Positions 9,407 through 18,228 of a stretch of DNA of 64,000 bases are shown one piece after another. This DNA comes from Gemmatimonadota bacterium. Lineage in GTDB: Bacteria; Gemmatimonadota; Gemmatimonadetes; Gemmatimonadales; Gemmatimonadaceae. The position numbers were made by a program, and so were the translations under genes. The stretch's first letter is position 1. Each line of letters starts with the position of its first letter. A model generated the notes under the pieces. The model worked only from the letters and a program-made list of their open reading frames with translations. It made no database searches and was not told the origin of the DNA. The stretch spans positions 32,001 through 96,000 of the forward strand of contig JAZJZK010000023.1 in NCBI GenBank assembly GCA_040389905.1, given 5' to 3'.

Positions 9407-9926
9407 ACTGCCAGGGAAGATTAGCCGCCATCGGTGCCCCGCTCTCGAGCAGCGACTTGAGATCGCTGAGGATCCATGTCCAACCGCCGCCCGCTCCCGG
9501 CCCCTGCCGATCGCCGGCGACCATGGCTGCGTGGCCTGGCGTTCCGGTGAGATCGTGGATGACGCTGAGACGGCTGACGCCGCCACGCCCTTCCTCTATT
9601 TCGTAGGTCAGGCGCGTGAACCCTTCGGCCGCCATGCTCGGGTCCATCGCCATTCGCCATGTCACCACGAGCTTGCGCGGCGGGTCTGCCTCGATGACTT
9701 CACCGTCGACGGCGACGTCAGGGGTGCCCATCGCGAGCATTCCGGCGTTCGCCTTGCCGCGGTATGCGCCGCCGGGGTGCAACTCGTACTCATCCAGCAG
9801 CCCATATCCGAAGCGCTGGGTCCATTCCGGTTTCGTGATCGCGTCCCAGATCGCCTGCGGGGTCGCCTTGATGAAGATGCGGTAGACCTGCGTCGCCGTG
9901 CCGATGTCCGGTACCGTGCTCGTCAT
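9405..9926 (-). CDS. SRPBCC (AHSA1/START-like) domain protein
   Basis: VYRIFIKATPQAIWDAIT, GEVIEADPPRKLVVTW and GWTWILSDLKSLLE. The ATG at 9926 overlaps the ArsR stop (ATGA). Confidence 0.9.
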   Translation of the reverse strand: MTSTVPDIGTATQVYRIFIKATPQAIWDAITKPEWTQRFGYGLLDEYELHPGGAYRGKANAGMLAMGTPDVAVDGEVIEADPPRKLVVTWRMAMDPSMAAEGFTRLTYEIEEGRGGVSRLSVIHDLTGTPGHAAMVAGDRQGPGAGGGWTWILSDLKSLLESGAPMAANLPWQ

Positions 9927-10246
9927 GCGGAGCCCTCCTCCAATTCGTGCTTGAGGTCGATGAGTGCCGACACTCGGCGCTCGGTGAATTTGTCGATCCA
10001 TCGGTCGTGGACGAGCCGGATGGGAACGGGATTGAGATAGTGCAGCTTCTCCCGCCCCGACCGGCGCGTCACCACGAGCCCCGCGTCCTCGAGAACGCGA
10101 AGGTGTTTCATGACGCCGAAGCGCGTCATCTCCAACTCCGATTCCAGTTCGGTGAGCGTGCGGCCGTCGCGCGCAAAGAGCCGGTCGAGGAGCAGTCGTC
10201 GCGTTGGGTCCGCGAGTGCCTTGAACACGCGGTCGTCATCAGCCAT
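9923..10246 (-). CDS. ArsR/SmtB family transcriptional regulator
   Basis: VFKALADPTRRLLLDRL...MTRFGVMKHLRVLEDAGLV..RRSGREK. Confidence 0.93.
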   Translation of the reverse strand: MADDDRVFKALADPTRRLLLDRLFARDGRTLTELESELEMTRFGVMKHLRVLEDAGLVVTRRSGREKLHYLNPVPIRLVHDRWIDKFTERRVSALIDLKHELEEGSA

Positions 10247-10251
10247 GCGAC

Positions 10252-10281
10252 ATAATAGGTGACTAAATAGTCACATGTCAA
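10252..10281 (-). promoter_or_regulatory. Sigma70-type promoter with a palindromic ArsR operator in the spacer; probably leaderless
   Basis: Minus-strand TTGACA (10281-10276), 18 nt, TATTAT (10257-10252), 5 nt, then ATG. Palindrome GTGACT-AAAT-AGTCAC at 10259-10274. Confidence 0.8.
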
Positions 10282-10324
10282 GCCGGAACTGGCTGTCGAT
10301 TCCGGCTGAGAAGCGCTAGTGAGC

Positions 10325-10461
10325 TGTCACCCCGAGCGAGCCCATTCGACTACGCTCAGCAGGCTCCGCGAGTCGATTGGGTCTGCACCCTTGTCCTGAG
10401 CGAAGCGAAGAATCTGCACCTACCTCACAAGTGCAGATCCCTCGACTTCGCTCCGGATGAC
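10325..10461. repeat. REP-like palindromic repeat cluster (family A: TGTCATCCCGAGCGAAGTCGAGGGATCTGCAC-type)
   Basis: Three related units. 10325-10387 is nearly the reverse complement of 58733-58798. Confidence 0.85.
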
Positions 10462-10492
10462 GTCGACGTCGATGTGCGACAGTCGGACGCTA

Positions 10493-11044
10493 CTAGAAGC
10501 GCACGCCGACAGTCAGAGGGATCGCCATGATCGGCTTGGCGTCCGCGAGCATGACGTGCAGCCGAACCTCAGCGATCGCCGAGAAGCCGGTCAGCGGAAT
10601 CTCGACTCCTCCACCCAGGTTGAATCCGGGCCGCGTGCCCTCGTGCGTCGCGTTGTAGATGGCGATACCACCGCTGACGAACCCCTGCGTCGTCGTCTGG
10701 TCGAGCCGGTAGATGATGGTCGAGCCGACGCTGAGAAGGTTCGACGCATCGCCGGTGCGGCCGGACTTCAGCGGAAAATGCTGAAGGGTCACTTCACCGC
10801 GAAGTGAATACGGCTGTCCGCTCACCGCATATTCGACCAGTCCACCGGCGCCATAGCCTGCGGCATGATCGTCCGAGAGCCGGCCCACCGGGATCGAAAT
10901 CGCGCCGGTGACTCCGAACAACGGCACGTAGTAGTCCGACTGCGTTCGCGGCGGAGGTGCCGTCGGCGGACCAGATTGCTGGGCTGCGGCCTCATGAAAA
11001 GAGACCGACGCTGCGAGCATGGCGAGGACGATTGGACGCATCAT
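10493..11044 (-). CDS. Small outer-membrane beta-barrel protein
   Basis: Signal peptide, alternating amphipathic beta-strands, C-terminal ...TVGVRF. Confidence 0.75.
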   Translation of the reverse strand: MMRPIVLAMLAASVSFHEAAAQQSGPPTAPPPRTQSDYYVPLFGVTGAISIPVGRLSDDHAAGYGAGGLVEYAVSGQPYSLRGEVTLQHFPLKSGRTGDASNLLSVGSTIIYRLDQTTTQGFVSGGIAIYNATHEGTRPGFNLGGGVEIPLTGFSAIAEVRLHVMLADAKPIMAIPLTVGVRF

Positions 11045-11095
11045 GTGCTCGAAAGGAGTTAGACGTTAATAGCTCAGAGCGGACAGCCGAGCGCG

Positions 11096-12229
11096 TTACA
11101 GCAGACCGCCGACCCAGTCGCCGACGAAATACCCCACAACCGCCACTCCGAGCCCGACGACGAACATGTCCATACCGGACCGGAAGACCGACCGCCCGGT
11201 GAACACCGATCGCGCGGCGCCGACCATCCAGTGTGAGATCATCGAGAACACGAACGAGACGATCGCCGCCGTGCGTCCCGCGAAGAGAAAGAATGGAAGC
11301 ACCGGAATGAGTGCGCCGACGGCCGTGGCCGTGCCCGTAATCCACGCCTCACGCATCGGTGAAGTCGCCGACTCGCTGATACCGAGTTCCTCCTGCACCT
11401 GCTCCGCGAGCATCTTCTCCGGATCGGCCATCACCTGGGTCGCGAGTGCGAAGGCGTGGTCGCGGTCGATGCCCTTCGCCTCATAGATGAGTGCGAGCTC
11501 GTCGCGCTCGATCTCCGGCATCAGTGCGATCTCGTCGCGCTCCATTGCGATCTCGTACGCGTAGACCTCACGCTCGCTTTGCGCCGCCAGATAGCCACTG
11601 GACCCCATCGATAATGCGTCGGCGATCAGCCCAGCCACGCCGGCCACGATGACGGCGTGATAACCCGCCACTGTCGACGCGCCGATCACGCCGGCGACCA
11701 ATCCAAAGTTGGCCGTCAGCCCGTCGTTGAAGCCGTAGACGACATTCCGGAGAAAGCCGCCAGCGCCCGTGCGGTGCCACGGCTCGCCCGTGCGGCCAGC
11801 GACATGGTTGAGTGTCGTCGCATGCTCAGCCGATTCCCGCGCCAGGAGCAACGCCTCGCTGCGGCCGGCGATTCCCTGGCCCGTCGTCCGATGCATGTCG
11901 AGGTACGCCTTGACCTCGCGTCCCTCCTCAGCAAGCAGCATCGGCAAGAGGAACCCGGGCCCGAACCATCGGCCGAGCATCGCGAGCAGGCGCGTGCGGC
12001 CGGCGGGTCGGTGTTTCCCCACCTGCCGGCCGTGTTGAGTGAGCAGGCCGGCCCAGATCTCGAGATGGCGATCTTCGACGTCAGCGAGCCGCCGGTAGAT
12101 GTCTTTCTTGGCGACGTCGGGCTCGGCGTCGGCCAGCAGCCTGTACAGATACGCCGCATCCGCCTCGTCCTGCCAATGGTGCTCGAAGGCATCGAGGTCG
12201 GGTGCCTGGGGGCGCGTCGCAGTAGCCAT
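11096..12229 (-). CDS. VIT1/CCC1 family Fe/Mn transporter with an N-terminal rubrerythrin/ferritin-like domain
   Basis: LRNVVYGFNDGL and ALSMGSSGYLA VIT motifs. N-terminal DEADAAYLY...EDRH helical metal-binding pattern. Confidence 0.9.
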   Translation of the reverse strand: MATATRPQAPDLDAFEHHWQDEADAAYLYRLLADAEPDVAKKDIYRRLADVEDRHLEIWAGLLTQHGRQVGKHRPAGRTRLLAMLGRWFGPGFLLPMLLAEEGREVKAYLDMHRTTGQGIAGRSEALLLARESAEHATTLNHVAGRTGEPWHRTGAGGFLRNVVYGFNDGLTANFGLVAGVIGASTVAGYHAVIVAGVAGLIADALSMGSSGYLAAQSEREVYAYEIAMERDEIALMPEIERDELALIYEAKGIDRDHAFALATQVMADPEKMLAEQVQEELGISESATSPMREAWITGTATAVGALIPVLPFFLFAGRTAAIVSFVFSMISHWMVGAARSVFTGRSVFRSGMDMFVVGLGVAVVGYFVGDWVGGLL

Positions 12230-12252
12230 GTGCCAAATATATCACAGCTCCT

Positions 12253-12337
12253 AAGTGCAGATCCCTCGACTCGCTGCGCTCGCTCGGGCTGACATCCCTC
12301 AATGCTGTCATCCGAGCGGATTCGAGGGATCCGTACC
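12253..12337. repeat. REP-like family A inverted pair
   Basis: aagtgcagatccctcgactcg...gggctgaca followed by tgtcatccgagcggattcgagggatccgtac. Confidence 0.8.
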
Positions 12338-12418
12338 TCCGCTTTTGAAGAGGCAACCATCCGAAAGGGAGGCTGTGTCTCAGGGATACTCGTTACACCG
12401 GACCAGAGGATCCCACAC

Positions 12419-13648
12419 ATGCGCTTCACCAATCTCCTAGCACTAGCCGCCGTCGCGGGCGCTACCGCGAGCACAGCCACGGCCCAGTCGTCGCGTGCCA
12501 GCACAATTGTCACTTCCCCGAGTTTTTATCGCTTCGACGCCGGTGACGATCACCGCGCTGCGCTCGGCGTATCGACGTCGACCAGCGGAACGTTGCGCGA
12601 TACACTCGGCATCCTGGTCACTGCCATCACCAAGGGCAGCCCCGCCGAGAAGGCGGGTCTCGAGGAAGGCAACCGGATTGCCGCGATCAACGGCGTAAAC
12701 CTGCGTGCAAACGCCGCGGACATCGAAGACAACGAGATGTCCAGCGCACTCACGCGCCGGCTCACACGCGAGCTCGCCAAGGTCAAGGCGGGTGACGACG
12801 TCGACCTTCGCGTGTATCGCGATGGCAAGATGCAGAACATCAAGGTCAAGACCGCAGACGCGGCCGTCTTGTTCGGCAGCGCGGATCGCGATCGCGTCTG
12901 GTCCACGGCGTCATCGGCTCGCGAAGATGCGGAAAACCGCCCGGTACTCGGCGTGCAGCTCGGCAGCACGGGCAGCCGGCGCGACACGCTCGGCGTGCTG
13001 GTCATGAGCGTGACGGACTCGTCTCCTGCGTCTCGCGCTGGGATCGAAGAGGGCAATCGCATCGCCGCGATCAACGGCGTCAACCTCCGCGTCAGCCGCG
13101 ATGATGCAGGCGACCGGTTCCTGTCGAGCAGCAAGGTAACGCGCTTGCAACGGGAAATCGGGGCCCTCAAGCCGGGTGACAACGTGACGCTGTCGGTCTA
13201 CTCGAATGGCCGCACACGCGACGTCACCATGAAGGTTGCACGCGCGGGTGATCTCCCGAAGAGCTCGGGTTTCGGCTACACCATCGTTGGCGACGGATTT
13301 GCGCCGATGCCCGCATTGCCGATGATGGCGCCAATGCCGTCGATGCCGTCGATGCCGCGCATGGCCCCGACGCCCAGGGCGCCGAGTGTCCGGTACGATT
13401 ATGAATTCTCGCCGGAGGTGCGGGAACGCCTCGAGGAAGCGCGTGTCAGGCTCGATGAGGCACGCGTCCGGATCAACGCAATTCGGCCGACGATCGATGC
13501 ACGACTCGAGCGTACGCAACCGCGCGTGCGCGTCGAGAGCGTCCGTCCGCAGATCGAGCGGACGCTCGAGAGGGCGATGCCGCGCATTCGCGTTGAGGCC
13601 CGGCCGACGGTTGCACCACGTATTCGAATCGTCAACACGACCGTCTAG
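12419..13648 (+). CDS. Secreted tandem-PDZ domain protein with Pro/Met-rich linker and Arg-rich tail
   Basis: Signal peptide from ATG 12419. Two internal repeats (GSPAEKAGLEEGNRIAAINGVNL / SSPASRAGIEEGNRIAAINGVNL). No trypsin domain is visible. Confidence 0.85.
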   Translation: MRFTNLLALAAVAGATASTATAQSSRASTIVTSPSFYRFDAGDDHRAALGVSTSTSGTLRDTLGILVTAITKGSPAEKAGLEEGNRIAAINGVNLRANAADIEDNEMSSALTRRLTRELAKVKAGDDVDLRVYRDGKMQNIKVKTADAAVLFGSADRDRVWSTASSAREDAENRPVLGVQLGSTGSRRDTLGVLVMSVTDSSPASRAGIEEGNRIAAINGVNLRVSRDDAGDRFLSSSKVTRLQREIGALKPGDNVTLSVYSNGRTRDVTMKVARAGDLPKSSGFGYTIVGDGFAPMPALPMMAPMPSMPSMPRMAPTPRAPSVRYDYEFSPEVRERLEEARVRLDEARVRINAIRPTIDARLERTQPRVRVESVRPQIERTLERAMPRIRVEARPTVAPRIRIVNTTV

Positions 13649-13726
13649 GCTATCCGCCATCCGCTATCCGCAATGCGTCGTCCGTGGTGGCGGATGACGT
13701 ACGGCGGGTAGCGGAGCGCGGATAGC
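13649..13726. repeat. Inverted heptamer array (GCTATCC-like units followed by GGATAGC-like units); possible terminator hairpin
   Basis: gctatcc gccatcc gctatcc gcaatgc gtcgtcc ... ggatgac gtacggc gggtagc ggagcgc ggatagc, starting immediately after the PDZ gene stop. Confidence 0.75.
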
Positions 13727-13818
13727 CCGCGCCGTCGGCGTCCAATGCGCGAGGACTGGCGCCGGCGGCGGCAGGGGGACAGGATTGGAACGTCAGCTGT
13801 TCGCTTTCCCCCTTTGCG

Positions 13819-14538
13819 ATGTTGGCCCCCCGCGTGCCGCCAGCCCAGGAGTCGGTTCTCATCATCGACGACGCGCCCGAGATTCGGCGCGTCATACGAA
13901 ATGCACTTGCGGGCGGGCACTTGCGGGTGATGGAGGCGGGCACCGCGGCCGATGGGATCGACCTTGCGGCCGCCGAGCAACCAACACTGGTGATCCTGGA
14001 TCTCGGCCTTCCGGATCGGGATGGTCTCGCCGTCTGTCAGGAACTGCGGGGATTTTCGTCGGTGCCGATCATCGTCCTGTCCGCGCGTCATTCGGATGCG
14101 GAAAAGGAGAGGCTCCTCGACGCCGGCGCTGACGACTATGTCACGAAGCCGTTCAGCACCGTGGAATTGACCGCGCGCATCCGCGCACAGTTGCGGCGCG
14201 CCGCCGACCGATCGACTGGCTCGGCGAAGCCGGGAATCGTGGAAGCGCACGGTGTGCGCATCGACCTGGTTGGACGTACCGTGCTGCGGGACGGACGCGA
14301 CGTGCACCTGACACCCACTGAATGGGCACTGCTTCGCGCACTCGTCGCGAATGCTGGGAAGACACTCACCCATGCGCAGCTCTTCGCGGCGGTGTGGTCG
14401 AACAGCAGCGGAGACCCGCAACAGTATCTGCGCGTATACATCGGACAGCTCCGCCGTAAACTCGAAGCGGACCCGGTGAGGCCGCGCCTCATCAGGACCG
14501 AATCGGCCGTCGGCTATCGTTTCGTTGCCGGTGCGTGA
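13819..14538 (+). CDS. kdpE: KdpE response regulator (OmpR/PhoB family)
   Basis: LIIDDA, ILDLGLPDRDG, GADDYVTKPF, HLTPTEWALL, QYLRVYIGQLRRKLEADPVRPRLIRTE. Adjacent to kdp genes. Confidence 0.92.
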   Translation: MLAPRVPPAQESVLIIDDAPEIRRVIRNALAGGHLRVMEAGTAADGIDLAAAEQPTLVILDLGLPDRDGLAVCQELRGFSSVPIIVLSARHSDAEKERLLDAGADDYVTKPFSTVELTARIRAQLRRAADRSTGSAKPGIVEAHGVRIDLVGRTVLRDGRDVHLTPTEWALLRALVANAGKTLTHAQLFAAVWSNSSGDPQQYLRVYIGQLRRKLEADPVRPRLIRTESAVGYRFVAGA

Positions 14539-14562
14539 TTCCGTGCCAAGACGAGCGCTCCC

Positions 14563-16110
14563 ATGAGCCCCTCTGTGACCCGACGCTGGCTCCTCTGGTT
14601 CAGTGTGCTCGCCGTCACCGCCGTTGCGTTACTGGCCGGTAGGGCCCGGTTGGACAAGTCGCACGTCGCGCTCGCATTTCTCCTGGTGGTGCTTGCGGGG
14701 AGTGCGGCGGAGGGACGCGCACTCGGCGTGTCGCTCGCCGCAGTGGCGTTCATGGCGTTCAACTGGTTCTTCCTCAGGCCGTACAACACATTCGTCATAA
14801 CCGATCCCCTCGATTGGCTGGTATTGCTCGCGTTTCTCATCACCGGCGTCGTCGCCGCCGAACTTCTGGAGCGTCAGCGGAGAGCCACCTCGCGCGCCGA
14901 GCAGCGCGCCGCTGAAATCGACCGCCTCGCAATCCTCGGCGCTCGCACGCTCACGGCGCCGCGAGCGGAGGACGCGCTCGATGCCATTGCAACCGTGATT
15001 CGGGAAGCGATGCTGGCTGAGCGATGCGAGATCTTTTCCTGGGATCACGCCGCGGGACTGCGGCTTGCGGGCCGATCGCCGAATGCGGAGTGGGGCGACG
15101 AACATGCAGAGCTGCTCACATACACGGTTGAGCACAGCGAGCCGGCGGCACAGCGCGCTGACGGAACGCTGTCGATTCTGAGCGATGTGTTGACTACGGC
15201 AAGCGACGAGACCTCGCGCGCCCCCGTTCTCGCGGACCTCCTCGCGCTCGGCATTCCTCTCAGCGTGCAAGGGCGAGTTGTCGGCGCGTTGCGATTGTCG
15301 TCATCGCAACCATTCGGCGTGTCCGACGATCAACGGCGCGTCCTGCGGGCGCTCTCGTACTATGCGGCGCTTGGCGTCGAGCGGGTGCGTCTCGCGACCG
15401 CCGAGCAGGAAGCTGACGGTCTGCGGCGCGCCGACCGCTTCAAGGATGCACTGTTGGCGGCGGTGTCGCATGACCTGCGCACACCGTTGACCGCCATCAA
15501 AGGTATCGCGAACGAGGTGTGGCGCGGGGGTGATCCCATGCGTGCGCAGGTGATCGAGGAGGAAGCCGATCGCCTGGCCATCATGGTCAACGAGTTGTTG
15601 GAGCTGTCGCAGATCAATGCGGGCGTCCTCAAGATGGACATCGAGCTGAACGCGGTCGATGATGTTGTCGGCGTCGCCCTCGAGCGGGTGGAATCGGCGC
15701 ACGGCGCCCAGCGTATCACGGTACGCATCGCACATGACGACGCGATTCTCGTTGGCGAATTCGACTTTACGCACACGGTGCGGGCGCTGACGAATCTCCT
15801 GGAGAATGCGATCAAGTATGGGGCGCCGAATGCCGCGGTCATACTCGCGGTGGAGCAGAAGGGCGACCGACTCTCGTTTTCAATCGAGGACAGCGGACCA
15901 GGCGTACCATCGGGTGACGAGGAGCGCATCTTCCAGCCCTTCTACCGGAGTGCGACGGTGCCCGATTCGGTGCGCGGTACAGGTCTCGGCCTCTCGATTG
16001 CGCGCCAGCTTGTCGAAGCACAAGGCGGCACTCTGAGGTATGAGCGCCGAGAAAGCGGGGGAAGCCGCTTTGTTGTGGAGCTCCCATCCGCGACGGTACC
16101 GAGTCTGTAG
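14563..16110 (+). CDS. kdpD: KdpD-like sensor kinase, C-terminal half only (4 TM DUF4118, GAF, HisKA, HATPase)
   Basis: FNWFFLRPYNTF TM motif, H-box SHDLRTPLTAI, NLLENAIKY, DSGPG, GTGLGLSI. Lacks the N-terminal KdpD and USP domains. Confidence 0.88.
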   Translation: MSPSVTRRWLLWFSVLAVTAVALLAGRARLDKSHVALAFLLVVLAGSAAEGRALGVSLAAVAFMAFNWFFLRPYNTFVITDPLDWLVLLAFLITGVVAAELLERQRRATSRAEQRAAEIDRLAILGARTLTAPRAEDALDAIATVIREAMLAERCEIFSWDHAAGLRLAGRSPNAEWGDEHAELLTYTVEHSEPAAQRADGTLSILSDVLTTASDETSRAPVLADLLALGIPLSVQGRVVGALRLSSSQPFGVSDDQRRVLRALSYYAALGVERVRLATAEQEADGLRRADRFKDALLAAVSHDLRTPLTAIKGIANEVWRGGDPMRAQVIEEEADRLAIMVNELLELSQINAGVLKMDIELNAVDDVVGVALERVESAHGAQRITVRIAHDDAILVGEFDFTHTVRALTNLLENAIKYGAPNAAVILAVEQKGDRLSFSIEDSGPGVPSGDEERIFQPFYRSATVPDSVRGTGLGLSIARQLVEAQGGTLRYERRESGGSRFVVELPSATVPSL

Positions 16111-16295
16111 CGAGCTCGGCTACGGTCCCGCGATCCTTGTAAAACTCTTATGTCGGAGGGCCGCATCTGGAATGCGGCCCTTATGGCGTCGGCCATATCC
16201 TGACGGCGCCGCCAAAATCGCACCGCGGCACTGACGTCGTGGTAGTGCTCTTGGCGGCGCTATTCGTCTCGCCGTCCACCCGGACAGGTAATCCA

Positions 16296-16424
16296 ATGAT
16301 CGACCTCCTTTACGTGCTCGGCACGATCGGCTTCTTCGCCCTCATGCTCGCGTACGTCACGTTCTGCGAGCGACTCGCGCGGCCGGAGCCCGTCAGCGAC
16401 AAATCGCCCGAGGCCCGCCCATGA
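16296..16424 (+). CDS. Small single-TM membrane peptide upstream of kdpF (42 aa)
   Basis: MIDLLYVLGTIGFFALMLAYVTFCERL... preceded by ggacagg. Its stop overlaps the kdpF ATG (ATGA). Confidence 0.7.
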   Translation: MIDLLYVLGTIGFFALMLAYVTFCERLARPEPVSDKSPEARP

Positions 16425-16510
16425 GCATCGAAACCGTCATCGCGCTGATCCTCACCGCAGCGGTGCTCGCGTACCTCGTCTACACCCTCCTGCGCCCGGA
16501 GAAGTTCTGA
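16421..16510 (+). CDS. kdpF: K+-transporting ATPase subunit F (29 aa)
   Basis: Manual translation MSIETVIALILTAAVLAYLVYTLLRPEKF. The YL.Y.LL.PEKF ending is characteristic of KdpF. It ends 1 nt before kdpA and is too short for the ORF track. Confidence 0.92.
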   Translation: MSIETVIALILTAAVLAYLVYTLLRPEKF

Positions 16511-16511
16511 C

Positions 16512-18227
16512 ATGACCATCAACGGCTGGCTGCAGATCCTGTTTTTCAGCGCCGCCATTTTCGCCGTCGCGAAGCCGATCGGCTTGTATTTGGTATCGGT
16601 ATACGAAGGTCGGATGCGGTGGCTCGCACCCCTCGAGCGCGCCATCTATGCCGTGAGCGGCGTCGACCCAGAAGAGGACCAGCGCTGGACGCGCTATGCG
16701 GGCGCCATGCTGCTCTTCTCGCTGTTCACGATGCTGCTCACGTATGCGGTGCTTCGGCTCCAGCATCTGCTGCCCCTCAATCCACAGGGGCTTCCTGCGG
16801 TAACCGACCGGCAGTCGTTCGAGACGGCCGCGTCGTTCACCACGAACACCAACTGGCAGTCGTATTCCGGCGAGTCGACGATGTCGTACTTCTCGCAGAT
16901 GACCCAGCTCGCGTTTCATAACTTCGTCTCTGCCGCAGTCGGCATGGCGATCGCCGTGGCCTTTGTGCGCGGCCTCGCGCGTCGGTCCGCCGGGAAGATC
17001 GGCAATTTCTGGGCAGATCTCGTCCGCGGCACGCTGTACGTCTTGCTTCCCGCGTCACTTGTCCTTTCGCTCGTGCTCGTGCAGCAGGGCGTCATCCAGA
17101 ACTTCTCGTCGTATGTCGAGTTGACGACGCTCGAAGGTGCCAAGCAGATCCTCGCGATGGGCCCAGTGGCCAGTCAAGAGGTGATCAAGCAGCTCGGCAC
17201 CAACGGTGGCGGCTTCTTCAATGCCAACGCCGCACACCCGTTCGAGAACCCAACGCCGTGGACGAACTTCCTCTCGGTGTTCCTCATATTCGCAATTCCG
17301 AGCGGACTCGTGTGGATGTTCGGAAAAATGGTGGGCAACCTGAAGCATGGCTGGGCCGTGTGGACGGCCATGTTCGTGTTGTTCTTCGGTGGCGTCAGCG
17401 TCGCGTACTGGTCTGAGGCGCGCGGCAACCCGATTCACGCGGCTCGTGGTGTGGACGTCGTTGCCAGCGCTTCGCAGTCGGGCGGCAACATGGAAGGCAA
17501 GGAAGTGCGGTTCGGCATCGCCAACTCTGCGCTCTACGCCACCGTGACGACAGACGCGTCGTGTGGCGCCGTCAACTCGATGCACGACTCGTTCACGCCA
17601 CTTGGCGGCCTCGTTCCAATCGTGAACATGCAGCTCGGTGAAGTGGTGTTCGGCGGCGTCGGCGCCGGCCTGTACGGAATGCTCGTCATGGTGATCCTCA
17701 GCGTCTTCATCGCGGGTCTCATGGTGGGGCGCACACCGGAGTACCTCGGCAAGAAGATCCAGGCGCGCGAAGTCCAGATGGCGATGCTCTTCGCCCTGCT
17801 CTCGTCCGTTGTCATACTGGTGATGACGGGTGCATCCGTTGTGCTGCCGGCAGGCTTGAAGGGCCTGAACAACGCTGGGCCGCACGGCTTCTCGGAAATT
17901 CTTTACGCGTTCAGCTCGGCGTTCGCCAACAACGGCAGTGCGTTCGCGGGACTCACTGGTTCGACCTACTACTACAACACAATGCTTGGCGTGGCCATGC
18001 TGTTTGGCCGCTTCGCGCTGATCGTTCCCGTCCTGGCACTCGCTGGCTTCATGGCCGACAAGAAGGTTGCGCCGGAAACGGCCGGCACCTTCCCGGTGAC
18101 CGGGCCGCTCTTCGTGCTCCTGCTTATCGGCGTCATCCTCATCGTTGGCGCCCTCACGTTCTTTCCGGCGCTCGCCCTCGGGCCGATCGTCGAGCACCTG
18201 TTGATGGGTGCGGGGAGCTTGTTCTAA
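16512..18227 (+). CDS. kdpA: K+-transporting ATPase subunit A
   Basis: [45 protein letters not shown]. Confidence 0.98.
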   Translation: MTINGWLQILFFSAAIFAVAKPIGLYLVSVYEGRMRWLAPLERAIYAVSGVDPEEDQRWTRYAGAMLLFSLFTMLLTYAVLRLQHLLPLNPQGLPAVTDRQSFETAASFTTNTNWQSYSGESTMSYFSQMTQLAFHNFVSAAVGMAIAVAFVRGLARRSAGKIGNFWADLVRGTLYVLLPASLVLSLVLVQQGVIQNFSSYVELTTLEGAKQILAMGPVASQEVIKQLGTNGGGFFNANAAHPFENPTPWTNFLSVFLIFAIPSGLVWMFGKMVGNLKHGWAVWTAMFVLFFGGVSVAYWSEARGNPIHAARGVDVVASASQSGGNMEGKEVRFGIANSALYATVTTDASCGAVNSMHDSFTPLGGLVPIVNMQLGEVVFGGVGAGLYGMLVMVILSVFIAGLMVGRTPEYLGKKIQAREVQMAMLFALLSSVVILVMTGASVVLPAGLKGLNNAGPHGFSEILYAFSSAFANNGSAFAGLTGSTYYYNTMLGVAMLFGRFALIVPVLALAGFMADKKVAPETAGTFPVTGPLFVLLLIGVILIVGALTFFPALALGPIVEHLLMGAGSLF

Positions 18228-18228
18228 C

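Noticed and set aside
8818..9606. Gly/Leu- and Pro-rich ORFs after leuS
   Set aside because: Translation of the hexamer repeat tract, overlapping leuS and the SRPBCC gene.
16111..16295. c-di-AMP (ydaO) riboswitch upstream of kdp or kup
   Set aside because: I could not recognise the conserved ydaO elements here or at 29089-29225. An Rfam/Infernal scan would be decisive.
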